From positions 83,025 through 147,024 of the forward strand of contig JAJFGN010000045.1 in the NCBI GenBank assembly GCA_021776115.1: DNA of 64,000 nt, given 5' to 3'. Position numbers and translations under genes: made by a program. Below, in pieces: positions 23,197 to 34,712 of the stretch; position 1 is the first letter of the stretch; every line of letters starts with the position of its first letter. Below the pieces are notes generated by a model. It did no database searches and had not been told where the DNA came from. It was given only the letters and a program-made list of their open reading frames with translations. The stretch is from Kiloniellaceae bacterium. GTDB lineage: Bacteria; Pseudomonadota; Alphaproteobacteria; Kiloniellales; J153.

Positions 23197-24222
23197 ATGA
23201 AGGCGTTGGTTAAGGCGAAAGCGGAGCCCGGCATCTGGATGGAAGACGTGCCGGTTCCGCGCGTTGGCCACAACGACGTCCTGATCAAGGTCCGCAAGAC
23301 CGCGATCTGCGGCACCGACATCCACATCTACAATTGGGACGCCTGGGCACAAAAGACGATCCCCGTGCCCATGACCGTCGGTCACGAGTTCGCCGGCGAA
23401 GTGGTCGAAATCGGTAGTGAAGTCAAGGGCTTCGAGATCGGCGAAAGAGTCTCGGGCGAGGGGCACATCACTTGCGGCCATTGCCGCAACTGCCGTGCCG
23501 GTCGGCGCCATCTGTGCCGCAACACGGTCGGGGTCGGCGTTAGCCGGCCGGGCTGTTTCGCCGAATACTTGAGTATTCCGGCGGTCAACGCCTTTCCCTT
23601 GCCCGAGGACATAACCGACGAAACTGCCTCGATCCTCGACCCCTTGGGCAATGCGACCCACACGGCCTTGTCCTTCGACATGGTCGGTGAGGACGTGCTG
23701 ATTACCGGGGCCGGGCCGATCGGTATCATGGCAAGCGCGATCGCCCGCCACGTCGGCGCGCGTTACATCGTTGTCACCGACGTCAACGACTACCGCTTGG
23801 ATCTTGCCGCCAAGATGGGGGCGACGTGCGCCATCAATGTAACCGAGACCAGCCTCGAGGAGACCATGAAGGACCTCGGCATGCGCGAGGGATTCGACGT
23901 TGGTCTGGAAATGTCGGGTAACCCTCAGGCGTTTCGCGACATGCTGCGCACCATGAACCACGGCGGCCGGGTTGCGATCCTCGGCATCCCACCCGAGTCG
24001 GCGGCCATCGACTGGACCCACGTGATCTTCAAGGGGCTGACGCTCAAGGGCGTCTATGGGCGCGAGATGTTCGAGACCTGGTACAAGATGACGACCATGC
24101 TGCAAAGCGGCCTCGATATCGCGCCGGTTCTAACCCACCGTATGTCGGTGGAGGCCTTTCAGGACGGATTCGATATCATGCGCTCCGGCCAGTCGGGCAA
24201 GGTCATCCTGGATTGGGCTTAA
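23197..24222 (+). CDS. tdh: L-threonine 3-dehydrogenase
   Basis: [44 protein letters not shown]; GAGGAGG RBS. Confidence 0.95.
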   Translation: MKALVKAKAEPGIWMEDVPVPRVGHNDVLIKVRKTAICGTDIHIYNWDAWAQKTIPVPMTVGHEFAGEVVEIGSEVKGFEIGERVSGEGHITCGHCRNCRAGRRHLCRNTVGVGVSRPGCFAEYLSIPAVNAFPLPEDITDETASILDPLGNATHTALSFDMVGEDVLITGAGPIGIMASAIARHVGARYIVVTDVNDYRLDLAAKMGATCAINVTETSLEETMKDLGMREGFDVGLEMSGNPQAFRDMLRTMNHGGRVAILGIPPESAAIDWTHVIFKGLTLKGVYGREMFETWYKMTTMLQSGLDIAPVLTHRMSVEAFQDGFDIMRSGQSGKVILDWA

Positions 24223-24240
24223 CGTCTCGAGTGTCCGGCC

Positions 24241-25212
24241 TTACTTGCCGTTGATGCCGCTCGCCGCGATGTCGTGTCCGAAGAGGCTATAGGCGGCGCG
24301 CAGGTCGGGCAGGACCCGCTCGACCGCGGCCTCGCCCTCGGCGATGATCTCGTCGGCCCGGTCGAACTCCAGGAGGCCGATGTGCCCTACGCGCGGGGCG
24401 ATGTGAACGTCAGGCGGCTCACCCGCCAGGCGCGAGCGCGTGATGCGGTCCTGCACGATGTTCAAGGCCGAGACCATGACGCCGAACAGGCTGGGGCTAC
24501 TGGCCTGGCGTTTGAAAATACGCCGGCCAAAGCCGCTGAGCTTGGACCCAGGCCCGGCCGGGCCGTTGTCTCGCAGTTCATCCAGGAGGTCGAAACCCGC
24601 GATGCTCTGAAAATCCGTGCCTGGGCGGCGCGCTTTGCCGATCAGGTCGGCGTTGAGGTTGACGCCGATGGTCATTTGGGCGCCCATGGCCCGGCAGGCG
24701 GAGACCGGCACCGGATTGACCAGCGCCCCGTCGACTAGCCAGCGGCCGTCCACGTGCACCGGTTCGAAGATGCCGGGCAGCGAGAAGGAGGTGCGGATTG
24801 CCTTGACCAAATCGCCCTTGCGTAACCAAACCTCGTGACCGGTCAAGAGATCGGTCGCTATGGCCGCATAGGGCCGGCCCAGGCCCTCAATCTTGAGCCC
24901 GCCCATGTGCCGCTCCATGGCGTCGACCAGGACCTGGCCGCGGATCATGCCCCCGCGCACACGAAAATCGAGGTAGGAAATTATTCTGACTTTGTTGAGT
25001 CCGCGCGCCCACTCCTCTAGCGAGTCGAGGTGCCCGGCCAGGTAAGATCCGCCGACCAGGGCGCCGATCGACGTGCCGGCCACAACGCGCGGCACGAACC
25101 CATAACGCTCCAAGGCGCGGATGACGCCCAAATGCGCCCAACCGCGTGCCACGCCGCTACCCAGCGCAAGGCCGATAGTTGGTTTGGCGGGTAAAATCGT
25201 AGAGTCGGGCAT
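24241..25212 (-). CDS. Patatin-like phospholipase (RssA-like)
   Basis: LGSGVARGWAH, GTSIG nucleophile motif, DGALVNP. Confidence 0.88.
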   Translation of the reverse strand: MPDSTILPAKPTIGLALGSGVARGWAHLGVIRALERYGFVPRVVAGTSIGALVGGSYLAGHLDSLEEWARGLNKVRIISYLDFRVRGGMIRGQVLVDAMERHMGGLKIEGLGRPYAAIATDLLTGHEVWLRKGDLVKAIRTSFSLPGIFEPVHVDGRWLVDGALVNPVPVSACRAMGAQMTIGVNLNADLIGKARRPGTDFQSIAGFDLLDELRDNGPAGPGSKLSGFGRRIFKRQASSPSLFGVMVSALNIVQDRITRSRLAGEPPDVHIAPRVGHIGLLEFDRADEIIAEGEAAVERVLPDLRAAYSLFGHDIAASGINGK

Positions 25213-25381
25213 ACTTAATTTTGCGCCACCGTCGTTTAAGAATTCGTAAGCATACAGTATACGCAAGAGGCCGCCGGGCCATCCCTAGGGGCAAGCGGGC
25301 CGCGCCCTCTTAGCCGCGTTGTTTTTAATTGTACTCTCCTTCTTCATTTGGCCAGATAGGCGAAATCCGGAAGGAGATATT

Positions 25382-26974
25382 ATGCGGAATCTGGAACTAG
25401 CCGGCCGCTCGCCGGTTCACGCGGTTAACGGCATGGCCGCGACCTCGCACCCCCTGGCGACGCTGGCAGCGGTCAACATGCTTCAGGATGGCGGCAACGC
25501 CATGGACGCGGCGGTCGCCGCCTGCGCCGTGCAGTGCGTGGTCGAGCCCGAATCGACTGGCATCGGTGGCGACTGCTTCGTCCTCTATGCGCCAAAGGGC
25601 GGTGGCGAGGTTTTGGCTTTCAACGGCTCCGGCCGGGCGCCGGCGGCTGCGACAGCGGATCGCCTGCGCGAGCTCGGGGTCGAGAAACTCGAACGCCAGT
25701 CGCCCCACGCGGTCACGGTACCCGGTGCGATCGACGCCTGGGCATGCTTACTCCGCGACCACGGAACCCGCGATCTGGGCGGCGTTTTGGGCCCGGCGAT
25801 TCGCCATGCCAAGGACGGCTATCCGATTCACTCCCGGGTCCATGTGGATTGGCAGGACTCGGCGGAGATTCTGGCCAAGGATCCCACGGCTAGCCGGATC
25901 TTCATGCCTGGGGGCAAAATCCCGGCGGTCGGTGCGATGCATCGCCAGCCGGAACTGGCCGCGACGCTGGAGCGCATCGCCCGCGATGGCCGGGACGGAT
26001 TCTATACCGGCCCGGTCGCGGAAGACATCGTGACATTTCTCAACGGCCTCGGCGGCTTGCATACCCTGGAGGATTTCGCGGCGGCGGCCGGGGAATACAC
26101 GACACCGATCAAGACCACCTATCGCGGCCATGACATCTATGAATGCCCGCCCAACGGTCAGGGGTTGTTGGCTCTGGAGATGCTCAACGTCCTGGCCGGG
26201 TTATTGCCGGATGTGTCCGGCCCGCTCTCGCCCGAGCGTTTGCATTTCGCGATTGAGGCGGCGCGCCTGGCCTATAGCGATCGCGACAACCTGCTGGCCG
26301 ATCCGGCCCAAAGCGACATCCCGGTGGAGAGGCTTCTCTCGGCCGCCTACGCGGATCAACAGCGCGCGCGCATCGATCCGGCGCGGGCGATGAAAGACCT
26401 GCCGCCCAGCATGATTCCGGTGCACGCCGACACCGTCTACATCAGCGTGGTCGACAAGGACCGTAACGCGGTCAGTTTCATCAACTCCTTGTTCAATTCT
26501 TTCGGCACCGGCTTCGTCAGCCCCAAGTCCGGCGTGGCGCTGCACAATCGCGGCGAGAGCTTCGTCATGGATCCGGACCATCCCAACTGTATCGCACCGG
26601 GCAAGCGCCCCATGCATACGATCATACCGGGCATGGCGGTCAAGGATGGCCGCGCGGTCATGCCCTTCGGCGTCATGGGCGGCCACTACCAAGCCATGGG
26701 GCATGCCTGGCTTCTGGCCAATATGTTTGACTTCGGTTTGGACGTGCAGGAAGCGATCGATCTGCCGCGAATCTTCGCCGGGGCGGACGGGCCCGTCGAG
26801 GTGGAAAGCGGCGTGCCCGAGACCGTGGTTGCGGCACTGCAAGCCCGTGGGCATGAGATCACCGCGCCGTCGAAGCCGATCGGCGGCGCCCAGGCGATCT
26901 GGATCGATAGCGATACGGGCGCCCTGACCGGGGGGTCCGAGCCGCGCAAGGACGGCTGCGCCCTTGGCTATTGA
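25382..26974 (+). CDS. ggt: Gamma-glutamyltransferase family protein
   Basis: GGNAMDAAVA, GIGGDCF, DTVYISVVD (Thr nucleophile), PGKRPMHTIIP, GVMGG. Confidence 0.9.
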   Translation: MRNLELAGRSPVHAVNGMAATSHPLATLAAVNMLQDGGNAMDAAVAACAVQCVVEPESTGIGGDCFVLYAPKGGGEVLAFNGSGRAPAAATADRLRELGVEKLERQSPHAVTVPGAIDAWACLLRDHGTRDLGGVLGPAIRHAKDGYPIHSRVHVDWQDSAEILAKDPTASRIFMPGGKIPAVGAMHRQPELAATLERIARDGRDGFYTGPVAEDIVTFLNGLGGLHTLEDFAAAAGEYTTPIKTTYRGHDIYECPPNGQGLLALEMLNVLAGLLPDVSGPLSPERLHFAIEAARLAYSDRDNLLADPAQSDIPVERLLSAAYADQQRARIDPARAMKDLPPSMIPVHADTVYISVVDKDRNAVSFINSLFNSFGTGFVSPKSGVALHNRGESFVMDPDHPNCIAPGKRPMHTIIPGMAVKDGRAVMPFGVMGGHYQAMGHAWLLANMFDFGLDVQEAIDLPRIFAGADGPVEVESGVPETVVAALQARGHEITAPSKPIGGAQAIWIDSDTGALTGGSEPRKDGCALGY

Positions 26975-27794
26975 GACCAGTGGTGCGGGCGCTTTGCGGG
27001 TCGGGGTCGGGGGCCTCGGCGCCATCGGCCTGCCGCTCGCCCGCCGCCTGGATCGGGGGCTTCATGGATTGGAGCTTGCCGCTGTCTCCGCGCGCGACCG
27101 GAGCGGTGCGGCTGCCAAGATTGCGAACTTCCAGCGGCCGGTCCCGGTCGTCTCTCTGGCAGACTTGGCCGCGCGCGCGGATATCGTGGTCGAGTGCGCG
27201 CCTGCGGCGGTCTTCGCCGAGATCGCCGAGGCGGCAATCGACGCCGGACGAACGTTTGTGACCGTGAGTTGCGGCGCCCTGCTGGAGCGCATGGATCTGG
27301 TCGAGCGCGCCAAGGAGACCGGCGCCCGCATCGTGGTCCCCAGCGGCGCCTTGCTGGGCCTCGACGCCGTGCGTGCCGCCGCCGAGGGAACCATTCATTC
27401 GGTCCGCATGGTCACGCGCAAGCCGCCGGGGTCGCTTGCCGGCGCCCCATACCTGGAAGCCAAGGGCATCGATCTGACAGGCCTGCGGGAGCCGCTCAAG
27501 ATTTTCGAGGGAACGGCGCGCGAGGGGGCGCGGGGATTCCCGGCCAACGTCAACGTCGCCGCCGCGCTCAGCCTGGCGGGGATCGGGCCGGATAACACCC
27601 AGCTCGAAATCTGGGCCGACCCGGCGTTGAGCCGAAATACTCACCACGTCATGGTGGAGGCCGATAGCGCGCGCTTTGAATTCAAAATTGAATCCGTGCC
27701 GAGCGAGGAGAACCCGCGTACCGGCAAGATCACCTCGCTCAGCGTGCTCGCCGCCTTGCGCGGTCTCACCGCGCCGCTGAAGGTCGGAACCTGA
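26964..27794 (+). CDS. L-aspartate dehydrogenase family (NadX-like)
   Basis: GLGAIG, VVECA, PSGALLGLDA, FPANVNVAAALSLAG, NPRTGKIT. Confidence 0.8.
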   Translation: MAIETSGAGALRVGVGGLGAIGLPLARRLDRGLHGLELAAVSARDRSGAAAKIANFQRPVPVVSLADLAARADIVVECAPAAVFAEIAEAAIDAGRTFVTVSCGALLERMDLVERAKETGARIVVPSGALLGLDAVRAAAEGTIHSVRMVTRKPPGSLAGAPYLEAKGIDLTGLREPLKIFEGTAREGARGFPANVNVAAALSLAGIGPDNTQLEIWADPALSRNTHHVMVEADSARFEFKIESVPSEENPRTGKITSLSVLAALRGLTAPLKVGT

Positions 27795-27907
27795 GGGCTG
27801 TGCCCCAGATTCGCATGATGGGTATGAATTCGGCTAGACTGATGCGATGAGGCCTGTGCCGGTCGTGCAGGCGACCTTGATCTCGATGTTCAACAGGGAG
27901 GAATAAG

Positions 27908-28888
27908 ATGAAAAATGGATGGATCGCGGCGGTCGTGGCCGCGGCTGCCGTCAGCTTCAATGTCGCTGCCGCCCCCGATGCGCGCGCCGCGGGGGCCGAA
28001 TTCGGCTGCAGCACCGCCAAGCTGATCGTGCCCTGGAAACCGGGCGGCGGCACCGATGTCGTCTTTCGTATCTTCGCGAACAAAATCAACGACAGCGGGG
28101 CGAAGCCGCAAATTCAAGTCGTCAATATCTCCGGCCAGGGCGGTAACAAGGGCGCCAAGGAAGCGCGCAAATCGAAGTCCGACGGCTGCACGCTGTTCGC
28201 CATCCACCAGAGCGCGATTACCAGCTATCTGAACGGACGGGTCGATTTTACCTGGGACGCCTTCGAACCTGTTGCGCTTCTGACCAATACGCCGGAGATC
28301 GTGGGCGCGGCCGGAAACGTGCCCTATGAAAATATGGACGATCTGGTCAAGGCGGCGAAGGCGGCGCCGGGAACGCTGCTAACCGGCGCGACCTTCGGCT
28401 CGACCAGCCAGTTCATGTGGCTTCTGCTCGAGGATCTGACCGGGGTGCAGTTCAAGTACGTGCCCTTCGATGGCACCCGCGAGCGCATGACTGCGATTCT
28501 GTCGGACACGATCCAGCTCGGCACCATCAACGTCGCCTCGGGCAAGAAGTATATCCAGGGCGGTGAGTTGAAGGCCTTGGGCATCGCCGACGATAAACGC
28601 AGCGATCAATTGCCGGACCTGCCGACCCTCAAGGAGCAAGGCATCGACATGGTCTACGCGCTCACTCGCGGGATCGTCGTCGCCAAGGGCACGCCGCAGG
28701 ATAAAATCGATCATTGGGCCGCGATCTTCAAGAACGCCGCCGAAGCCCCCGACGTGCAAAAGCAAATGGCCGCCAAGGGCACGGACGTGAGCTTCACCGG
28801 CCCGGCCGAATACAGCGCGTGGTTCCGCAAGACCTATGCCGACCACGAAAAGGTCGCCATCAAGATCGGCATGTACAAGAAGAAGTGA
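27908..28888 (+). CDS. tctC: Tripartite tricarboxylate transporter substrate-binding protein
   Basis: Signal peptide; VPWKPGGGTD; PDLPTLKEQG; followed by tctB and tctA. Confidence 0.88.
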   Translation: MKNGWIAAVVAAAAVSFNVAAAPDARAAGAEFGCSTAKLIVPWKPGGGTDVVFRIFANKINDSGAKPQIQVVNISGQGGNKGAKEARKSKSDGCTLFAIHQSAITSYLNGRVDFTWDAFEPVALLTNTPEIVGAAGNVPYENMDDLVKAAKAAPGTLLTGATFGSTSQFMWLLLEDLTGVQFKYVPFDGTRERMTAILSDTIQLGTINVASGKKYIQGGELKALGIADDKRSDQLPDLPTLKEQGIDMVYALTRGIVVAKGTPQDKIDHWAAIFKNAAEAPDVQKQMAAKGTDVSFTGPAEYSAWFRKTYADHEKVAIKIGMYKKK

Positions 28889-28910
28889 TTGCCGCCAGCC
28901 ATGACAGCGA

Positions 28911-28936
28911 CGCCCGGGTTGCGGCATACCCGGGCG
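28911..28936. other. Intercistronic hairpin after tctC
   Basis: CGCCCGGGT-N8-ACCCGGGCG with no U-tract; plausible mRNA stabiliser or attenuator. Confidence 0.45.
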
Positions 28937-28965
28937 CCGCCGCCGTGTAAGCCGGTGAAGGCGCT

Positions 28966-29454
28966 GTGAGCCGCATCAATCGGGACGTCGTGGTCGCGGT
29001 TGTTCTACTGGCCGTCTGCGGTGCGTTTATCGGGGACAGCTTCGCTATCCGCCAGCCCGATTACGGCACCCTGCCGCCAACGACTTGGCCGCGCGCGATT
29101 CTAGTCGCGTTCGGGTTTCTCTGCGTGATCTACCTCATTCAATCTCTGCGCCAAGCGCCCGCCCGACTTGAAGAGACGGAGCGCGGGCTCGCGGCCTGGT
29201 TCGCCCGATATCGCAACCCGCTATGGTGTTACGCCCTGTTTCTCGGCTTTTTGGTCGCGATGCCGGTGCTCGGCATCCTGATCGGCGGGGTGCTGTTCGT
29301 TTTCTCGCTGCTCACAGCCTTGGGTGGTGCGACGCCGCGCTTGCTGGTCACTCACCTGCTCATCGCCGTGATTTCGGTCGGCGCGATGTGGGCGATCTTC
29401 ACCTATGCCCTTGGCGTGATCCTACCTCAGGGCATGATTTTCACGACCTTATAG
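28966..29454 (+). CDS. tctB: TctB small membrane subunit
   Basis: Four to five TM segments, PTTWP motif, C-terminal LGVILPQG; lies between tctC and tctA. Confidence 0.85.
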   Translation: MSRINRDVVVAVVLLAVCGAFIGDSFAIRQPDYGTLPPTTWPRAILVAFGFLCVIYLIQSLRQAPARLEETERGLAAWFARYRNPLWCYALFLGFLVAMPVLGILIGGVLFVFSLLTALGGATPRLLVTHLLIAVISVGAMWAIFTYALGVILPQGMIFTTL

Positions 29455-29467
29455 GGAACGTCGCGCG

Positions 29468-31153
29468 ATGATACTGACCGACATCGTTGCCGCGGCAGGC
29501 GAACTCGCCACGATCGAGACCATATTTCTCATGATGGTCGGCGTGACGGCGGGACTGATCGCGGGCGCGGTTCCCGGTTTCACCATCGCCATGGCGGTCG
29601 TCCTCACCCTGCCGTTTACCTTCGGCATGGACCCGGTTCAGGGCCTCGCGACCATGATCGGCGTGTTCGTCGGCGGTCTCTCCGGCGGTTTGATGTCGGG
29701 TATTCTGACCGGGATACCGGGAACGCCGTCCTCGGTCGCGACGACCTTCGACGGCTTTCCCATGGCGCGCGGTGGACAGCCGGGCCTGGCGTTGGGCCTG
29801 GGCGTATGGTCGTCTTTTTTCGGCGGCACGATCAGCGCCATTCTACTCGTCGCGCTGGCGCCTCAGCTCGCGCGCATCGGGCTGGAATTCCAGCCCTGGG
29901 ATTATTTCTCGCTGGTGCTCTTCGCGCTCACGATTACCGCCAGCTTGGCCGGGGAGCATTTGGTCAAAGGCTTGATCGCCGGGGCGCTCGGGCTCTTGGT
30001 CGCGACCATTGGCGAGGACGACATCAACGGGGTCGCCCGCTTTAACTTCGGCAGCGACGCCTTGCGCCAGGGTTTCGACTTCTTACCCGTCCTGATCGGC
30101 CTGTTCGCGTTCAGCCAGCTTCTGTCCGACGTGCGCGACCGGGTCATGGCACGCAAATCCCTCAGCGAGGGCGGTGCGGTCGCGGTCAGGATCGAGCACC
30201 GGCGCGCCGCCGCGATGGTGCTCAAGCGCTGGATCAATCTCTTGCGGTCCTCGTTCATTGGGGTTTTCACCGGTATCCTGCCGGCGGCGGGCAGCTCGAT
30301 CTCCAATATCCTGGCCTACGACCAGGCCAAGAAGGCGTCGCGCGAACCGGAGAAATTCGGCACCGGCCATGCCGACGGCATCATCGCGCCCGAATCGGCC
30401 AACAACGCGACCGCGGGCGGCGCGCTGATTACGATGATGGCGCTGGGTATTCCCGGCGACATCGTTACCGCCGTGATGCTGGGCGCGCTTTTGATTCATG
30501 ACGTCATCCCCAGCCCGTCCTTTATCAGCGATTCGCCGGTCTTGGCTTACGCCATATTTCTCGCTTTCTTTGTCGCCAACTTTTTGATGCTCGGGCTCCA
30601 GTCCGGCGCGCTCAGACTCTTCGTGCTGATTACCCGAGTGCGTATGTACGTGCTCGCCTCCGTTATCCTGAGCTACTGCGCGATCGGCGTCTTCGCCCTC
30701 AACAATGTCGAATTCGATCTCTGGACTCTTCTGCTGTTCGGCATACTGGGTTATGTAATGCGCAACCTGGGCTTTCCGCTGGCGCCCATGATTCTGGGCG
30801 TCGTGCTGGGTAACATCGCCGAGCTCAACCTGTCGCGCGCTTTCGCCATAACCACGGACCTGGAGATGTTCGTAGTGCGCCCCTGGTCATTGTTCTTCAT
30901 CATTTTGGCGGCGTTCTCGGTATTTTTTCCCCGCTATCAGAAGCTGCGCGGACAGCGGAAGTGGACGCTCGTGTACTTACCCGCGCTGCTCGCTGCGCTG
31001 TCGGTTCCGATGGTCATGATGGGGGGGATCGCCCGCCCCTTGATCGCGGTCGTGCTGCTGGTCATGGCAGGCTATATGATTTGGCGGCGCGCACGGGATG
31101 GCTGGCGTCTCGAAAACGCCGGCATGCCCGAGATCCATATCGAGGAGACCTAG
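29468..31153 (+). CDS. tctA: TctA large membrane subunit
   Basis: GAVPGFT, IPGTPSS, APESANNA, LGIPGD, PMILG motifs. Confidence 0.9.
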   Translation: MILTDIVAAAGELATIETIFLMMVGVTAGLIAGAVPGFTIAMAVVLTLPFTFGMDPVQGLATMIGVFVGGLSGGLMSGILTGIPGTPSSVATTFDGFPMARGGQPGLALGLGVWSSFFGGTISAILLVALAPQLARIGLEFQPWDYFSLVLFALTITASLAGEHLVKGLIAGALGLLVATIGEDDINGVARFNFGSDALRQGFDFLPVLIGLFAFSQLLSDVRDRVMARKSLSEGGAVAVRIEHRRAAAMVLKRWINLLRSSFIGVFTGILPAAGSSISNILAYDQAKKASREPEKFGTGHADGIIAPESANNATAGGALITMMALGIPGDIVTAVMLGALLIHDVIPSPSFISDSPVLAYAIFLAFFVANFLMLGLQSGALRLFVLITRVRMYVLASVILSYCAIGVFALNNVEFDLWTLLLFGILGYVMRNLGFPLAPMILGVVLGNIAELNLSRAFAITTDLEMFVVRPWSLFFIILAAFSVFFPRYQKLRGQRKWTLVYLPALLAALSVPMVMMGGIARPLIAVVLLVMAGYMIWRRARDGWRLENAGMPEIHIEET

Positions 31154-31227
31154 GCCGGAGGCGCCATCCGTTGTTGTCTCGGTTCAATTTTACCGCAGGC
31201 CATTGTTGCCAGGTTGGCGGCGCTTGA

Positions 31228-32490
<1,263 letters not shown>

Positions 32491-32512
32491 GCGGCCCGTC
32501 GTCATGGCAGGC

Positions 32513-32611
32513 CCCCCCACCCTAACCCTCCCCCTCAAGGGGGGAGGGAGAAGTGGACGGTGCTTGCATCTTGTTCCCTCCCCCCTTGAGGGGGAGGGCC
32601 GGGGTGGGGGG
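32513..32611. repeat. Alphaproteobacterial CCCTCCCC-type composite palindromic repeat (CIR/RIME-like)
   Basis: 37-bp inverted arms 32513-32549 and 32575-32611 with 3 mismatches; each arm is an internal hairpin CCCTCCCCCT-CA-AGGGGGGAGGG. Confidence 0.75.
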
Positions 32612-32640
32612 TATGCCGCCGCACATTCGGACTCCGCGCC

Positions 32641-33567
32641 ATGAAATTCGCGGTGATGGGCGCCGGCGGGATCGGCGGTTATTTCGGCGCGCGCCTGGCG
32701 GCCGACGGTAATGAGGTCACCTTCATCGCGCGCGGCCGCCACGCCGAGGCCCTGCGCCGCGATGGCTTAACAATGCGCTCGCCGCGCGGCGATCTGCACA
32801 TCGCCGATCCCGTGGTGTTGGAGGATCCCCGCGACATCGGCTTGGCCGACATCGTTCTCTTTTGCGTCAAGCTATGGGATGTCGAGGCGGCGGCCGAGCG
32901 GATCAAGCCGCTGCTTGGCCACGACACGGCGGTGATCCCGTTCCAGAACGGGGTCTCGGTTTGCGACCGTCTGGCCGAACTCCTCGGCGCGCGGCATGTG
33001 GTGGGTGGCGTGGCCAAAATCAGCGCGGTAATTGAGGCGCCGGGTATGATCCGGCACAACGGCCCGCTGGCGCGCCTGATCTTCGGCGAGCGCGACGGTT
33101 CCAGTTCCTGGCGCTTGGAAGCCATGCTCTCGGCCTGCATGGGCGCCGGGATCGAGGCCCGGGTCTCCGGCGATATCGAGCGCGACATCTGGGAGAAGTT
33201 CGTCTTCCTGGCGCCGCTCGCCGGGGCCGCCTGCTTCGCGCGCGCGCCGATCGGCGCGGTCATGAGCGATCCGCGGCACCGAACCCGCCTGGCGGCCATG
33301 ATGGCCGAGGCCGCCGCGGTCGGCCGGGCCAAGGGAATCGCGCTCGACGACGATCTGGCCGAGCGTTCGCTGGGCCAGGCCCTGGATTTGGGCGCGGACA
33401 CCAAGCCCTCGATGCTGGTCGATCTCGAACGCGGCCGGCGCCTGGAACTCAAGTGGCTCAACGGCGAGATCGTGCGCCTGGGCGCGGAGCTCGGCATCGA
33501 AACGCCGGTAAATGCCGAGGTTTGCGCGGCGCTCAAGCCTTATGCGATGGGCGCGACATCGGCGTAG
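32641..33567 (+). CDS. panE: 2-dehydropantoate 2-reductase (ApbA/PanE family)
   Basis: GAGGIGGYFG, VKLWD, FQNG, WEKF, SMLVD, ELKWLNG. Confidence 0.85.
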   Translation: MKFAVMGAGGIGGYFGARLAADGNEVTFIARGRHAEALRRDGLTMRSPRGDLHIADPVVLEDPRDIGLADIVLFCVKLWDVEAAAERIKPLLGHDTAVIPFQNGVSVCDRLAELLGARHVVGGVAKISAVIEAPGMIRHNGPLARLIFGERDGSSSWRLEAMLSACMGAGIEARVSGDIERDIWEKFVFLAPLAGAACFARAPIGAVMSDPRHRTRLAAMMAEAAAVGRAKGIALDDDLAERSLGQALDLGADTKPSMLVDLERGRRLELKWLNGEIVRLGAELGIETPVNAEVCAALKPYAMGATSA

Positions 33568-33609
33568 TACCCTGTTTCCGAAAGGGACGAATTTGGAACC
33601 AGGACGCTA
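33565..33609. repeat. Degenerate TAG...CTA palindromic element starting at the panE stop codon
   Basis: TAGTACCCTGTTTCCGAA vs reverse complement of TTTGGAACCAGGACGCTA, 13/18 match. Confidence 0.4.
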
Positions 33610-33663
33610 GCCCCCAGTATGCCGCACACCGAGTGTTTACCCTAGATTAGCCCATCTAGAAGT

Positions 33664-34560
33664 ATGTTTCCGGCACTCATCTCCACTCATGTCGCGGTGA
33701 TGGCCAAAGATCTCAAATCCATGTGCACACCGGGAGAAAGCGTCGTCTTCGAAGCGCGCTTTTCCTGGCCAGAAATCATTGAACGCGGGCTGGGTTTCGG
33801 CCTCGTGTTCGTGGCCGTACTGCGAATTGTGGCTTGGGCGGCTGATGCCGACGATAGATTGTTGGTAGAGGTTGCCTTTGCTGTGATCTTGACACTTCAG
33901 ATTGTGCGCCACCTGCGCCTCTCGGCGATACTGGTCACGGACCGGAGGTTACTTTCCCGCTCGGGTTCTTGGCGACCTCACATGACGGAAGTCCTGCTGA
34001 ACAATATTAAGGAAATCGACCATACGCCGGGCATATTCGGATTTGGCGAACATGTGACAATACAGGAGAAAACGGGTCGTTCGACGACGATCGGTTTCGT
34101 GCCGCGCCCTATTGCGTTCGTGCAGGTGTTGTCGGTCCTTACGGGTAGACCCGCGCGTACGACAGTTAGCCCGAAATTCAGGAATTTGTATGGCGTGATC
34201 AATGCTGTGATCATCGCCTTCGGATTAGGCGGTCTTATTCTTTTTACGTTTGCGACGATTCACGCTCTTGATTCCAATGCTTGGGGAATTGGCATTTCGT
34301 ATGGGGCCATCCTTTCGTCTGTTTTTTTCTTGTTTATTCCCTTGATGATGATCGCGTTGATCCTCGGTTTCTTGGTGGGCAGCGTTCCGGCTTTTCTTAT
34401 CGTCCGATTTTCTTTGACGCCCGGGGAGGCCGAGCAATTCTTGCGTATCGGCCAAGACAAGCTGAAGCCGGGCACGATGCAAACGCTCACGCGATGGACG
34501 CACCAATTTTCTGCCTGGGTTCTCAGCTTGCTCTACGGCCAGAAAATCCGCTGCGATTGA
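33664..34560 (+). CDS. Hypothetical membrane protein with bacterial PH-like domain
   Basis: Two TMs, then ILVTDRRLL...VLLNNIKEI...GEHVTI (bPH-like), then further TMs; visibly more AT-rich codons. Confidence 0.55.
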   Translation: MFPALISTHVAVMAKDLKSMCTPGESVVFEARFSWPEIIERGLGFGLVFVAVLRIVAWAADADDRLLVEVAFAVILTLQIVRHLRLSAILVTDRRLLSRSGSWRPHMTEVLLNNIKEIDHTPGIFGFGEHVTIQEKTGRSTTIGFVPRPIAFVQVLSVLTGRPARTTVSPKFRNLYGVINAVIIAFGLGGLILFTFATIHALDSNAWGIGISYGAILSSVFFLFIPLMMIALILGFLVGSVPAFLIVRFSLTPGEAEQFLRIGQDKLKPGTMQTLTRWTHQFSAWVLSLLYGQKIRCD

Positions 34561-34635
34561 GGTTCGCCTCACGCTTCCCGGATGACGCCCGTCACGCGGC
34601 TTTGGCCGAAAGCGATGCTGCGCCATGCTTACGGT

Positions 34636-34670
34636 AAAGAAAAAGGCCCCAGGCGATGACGCCCGGGGCC
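34636..34670 (-). terminator. Intrinsic terminator of the GMC operon
   Basis: Minus strand GGCCCCGGGCG-TCAT-CGCCTGGGGCC followed by TTTTTCTTT. Confidence 0.75.
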
Positions 34671-34712
34671 GAGGTTTCGACAGGCAACGGGGTTCTTTCT
34701 CGAAACCTCGTC

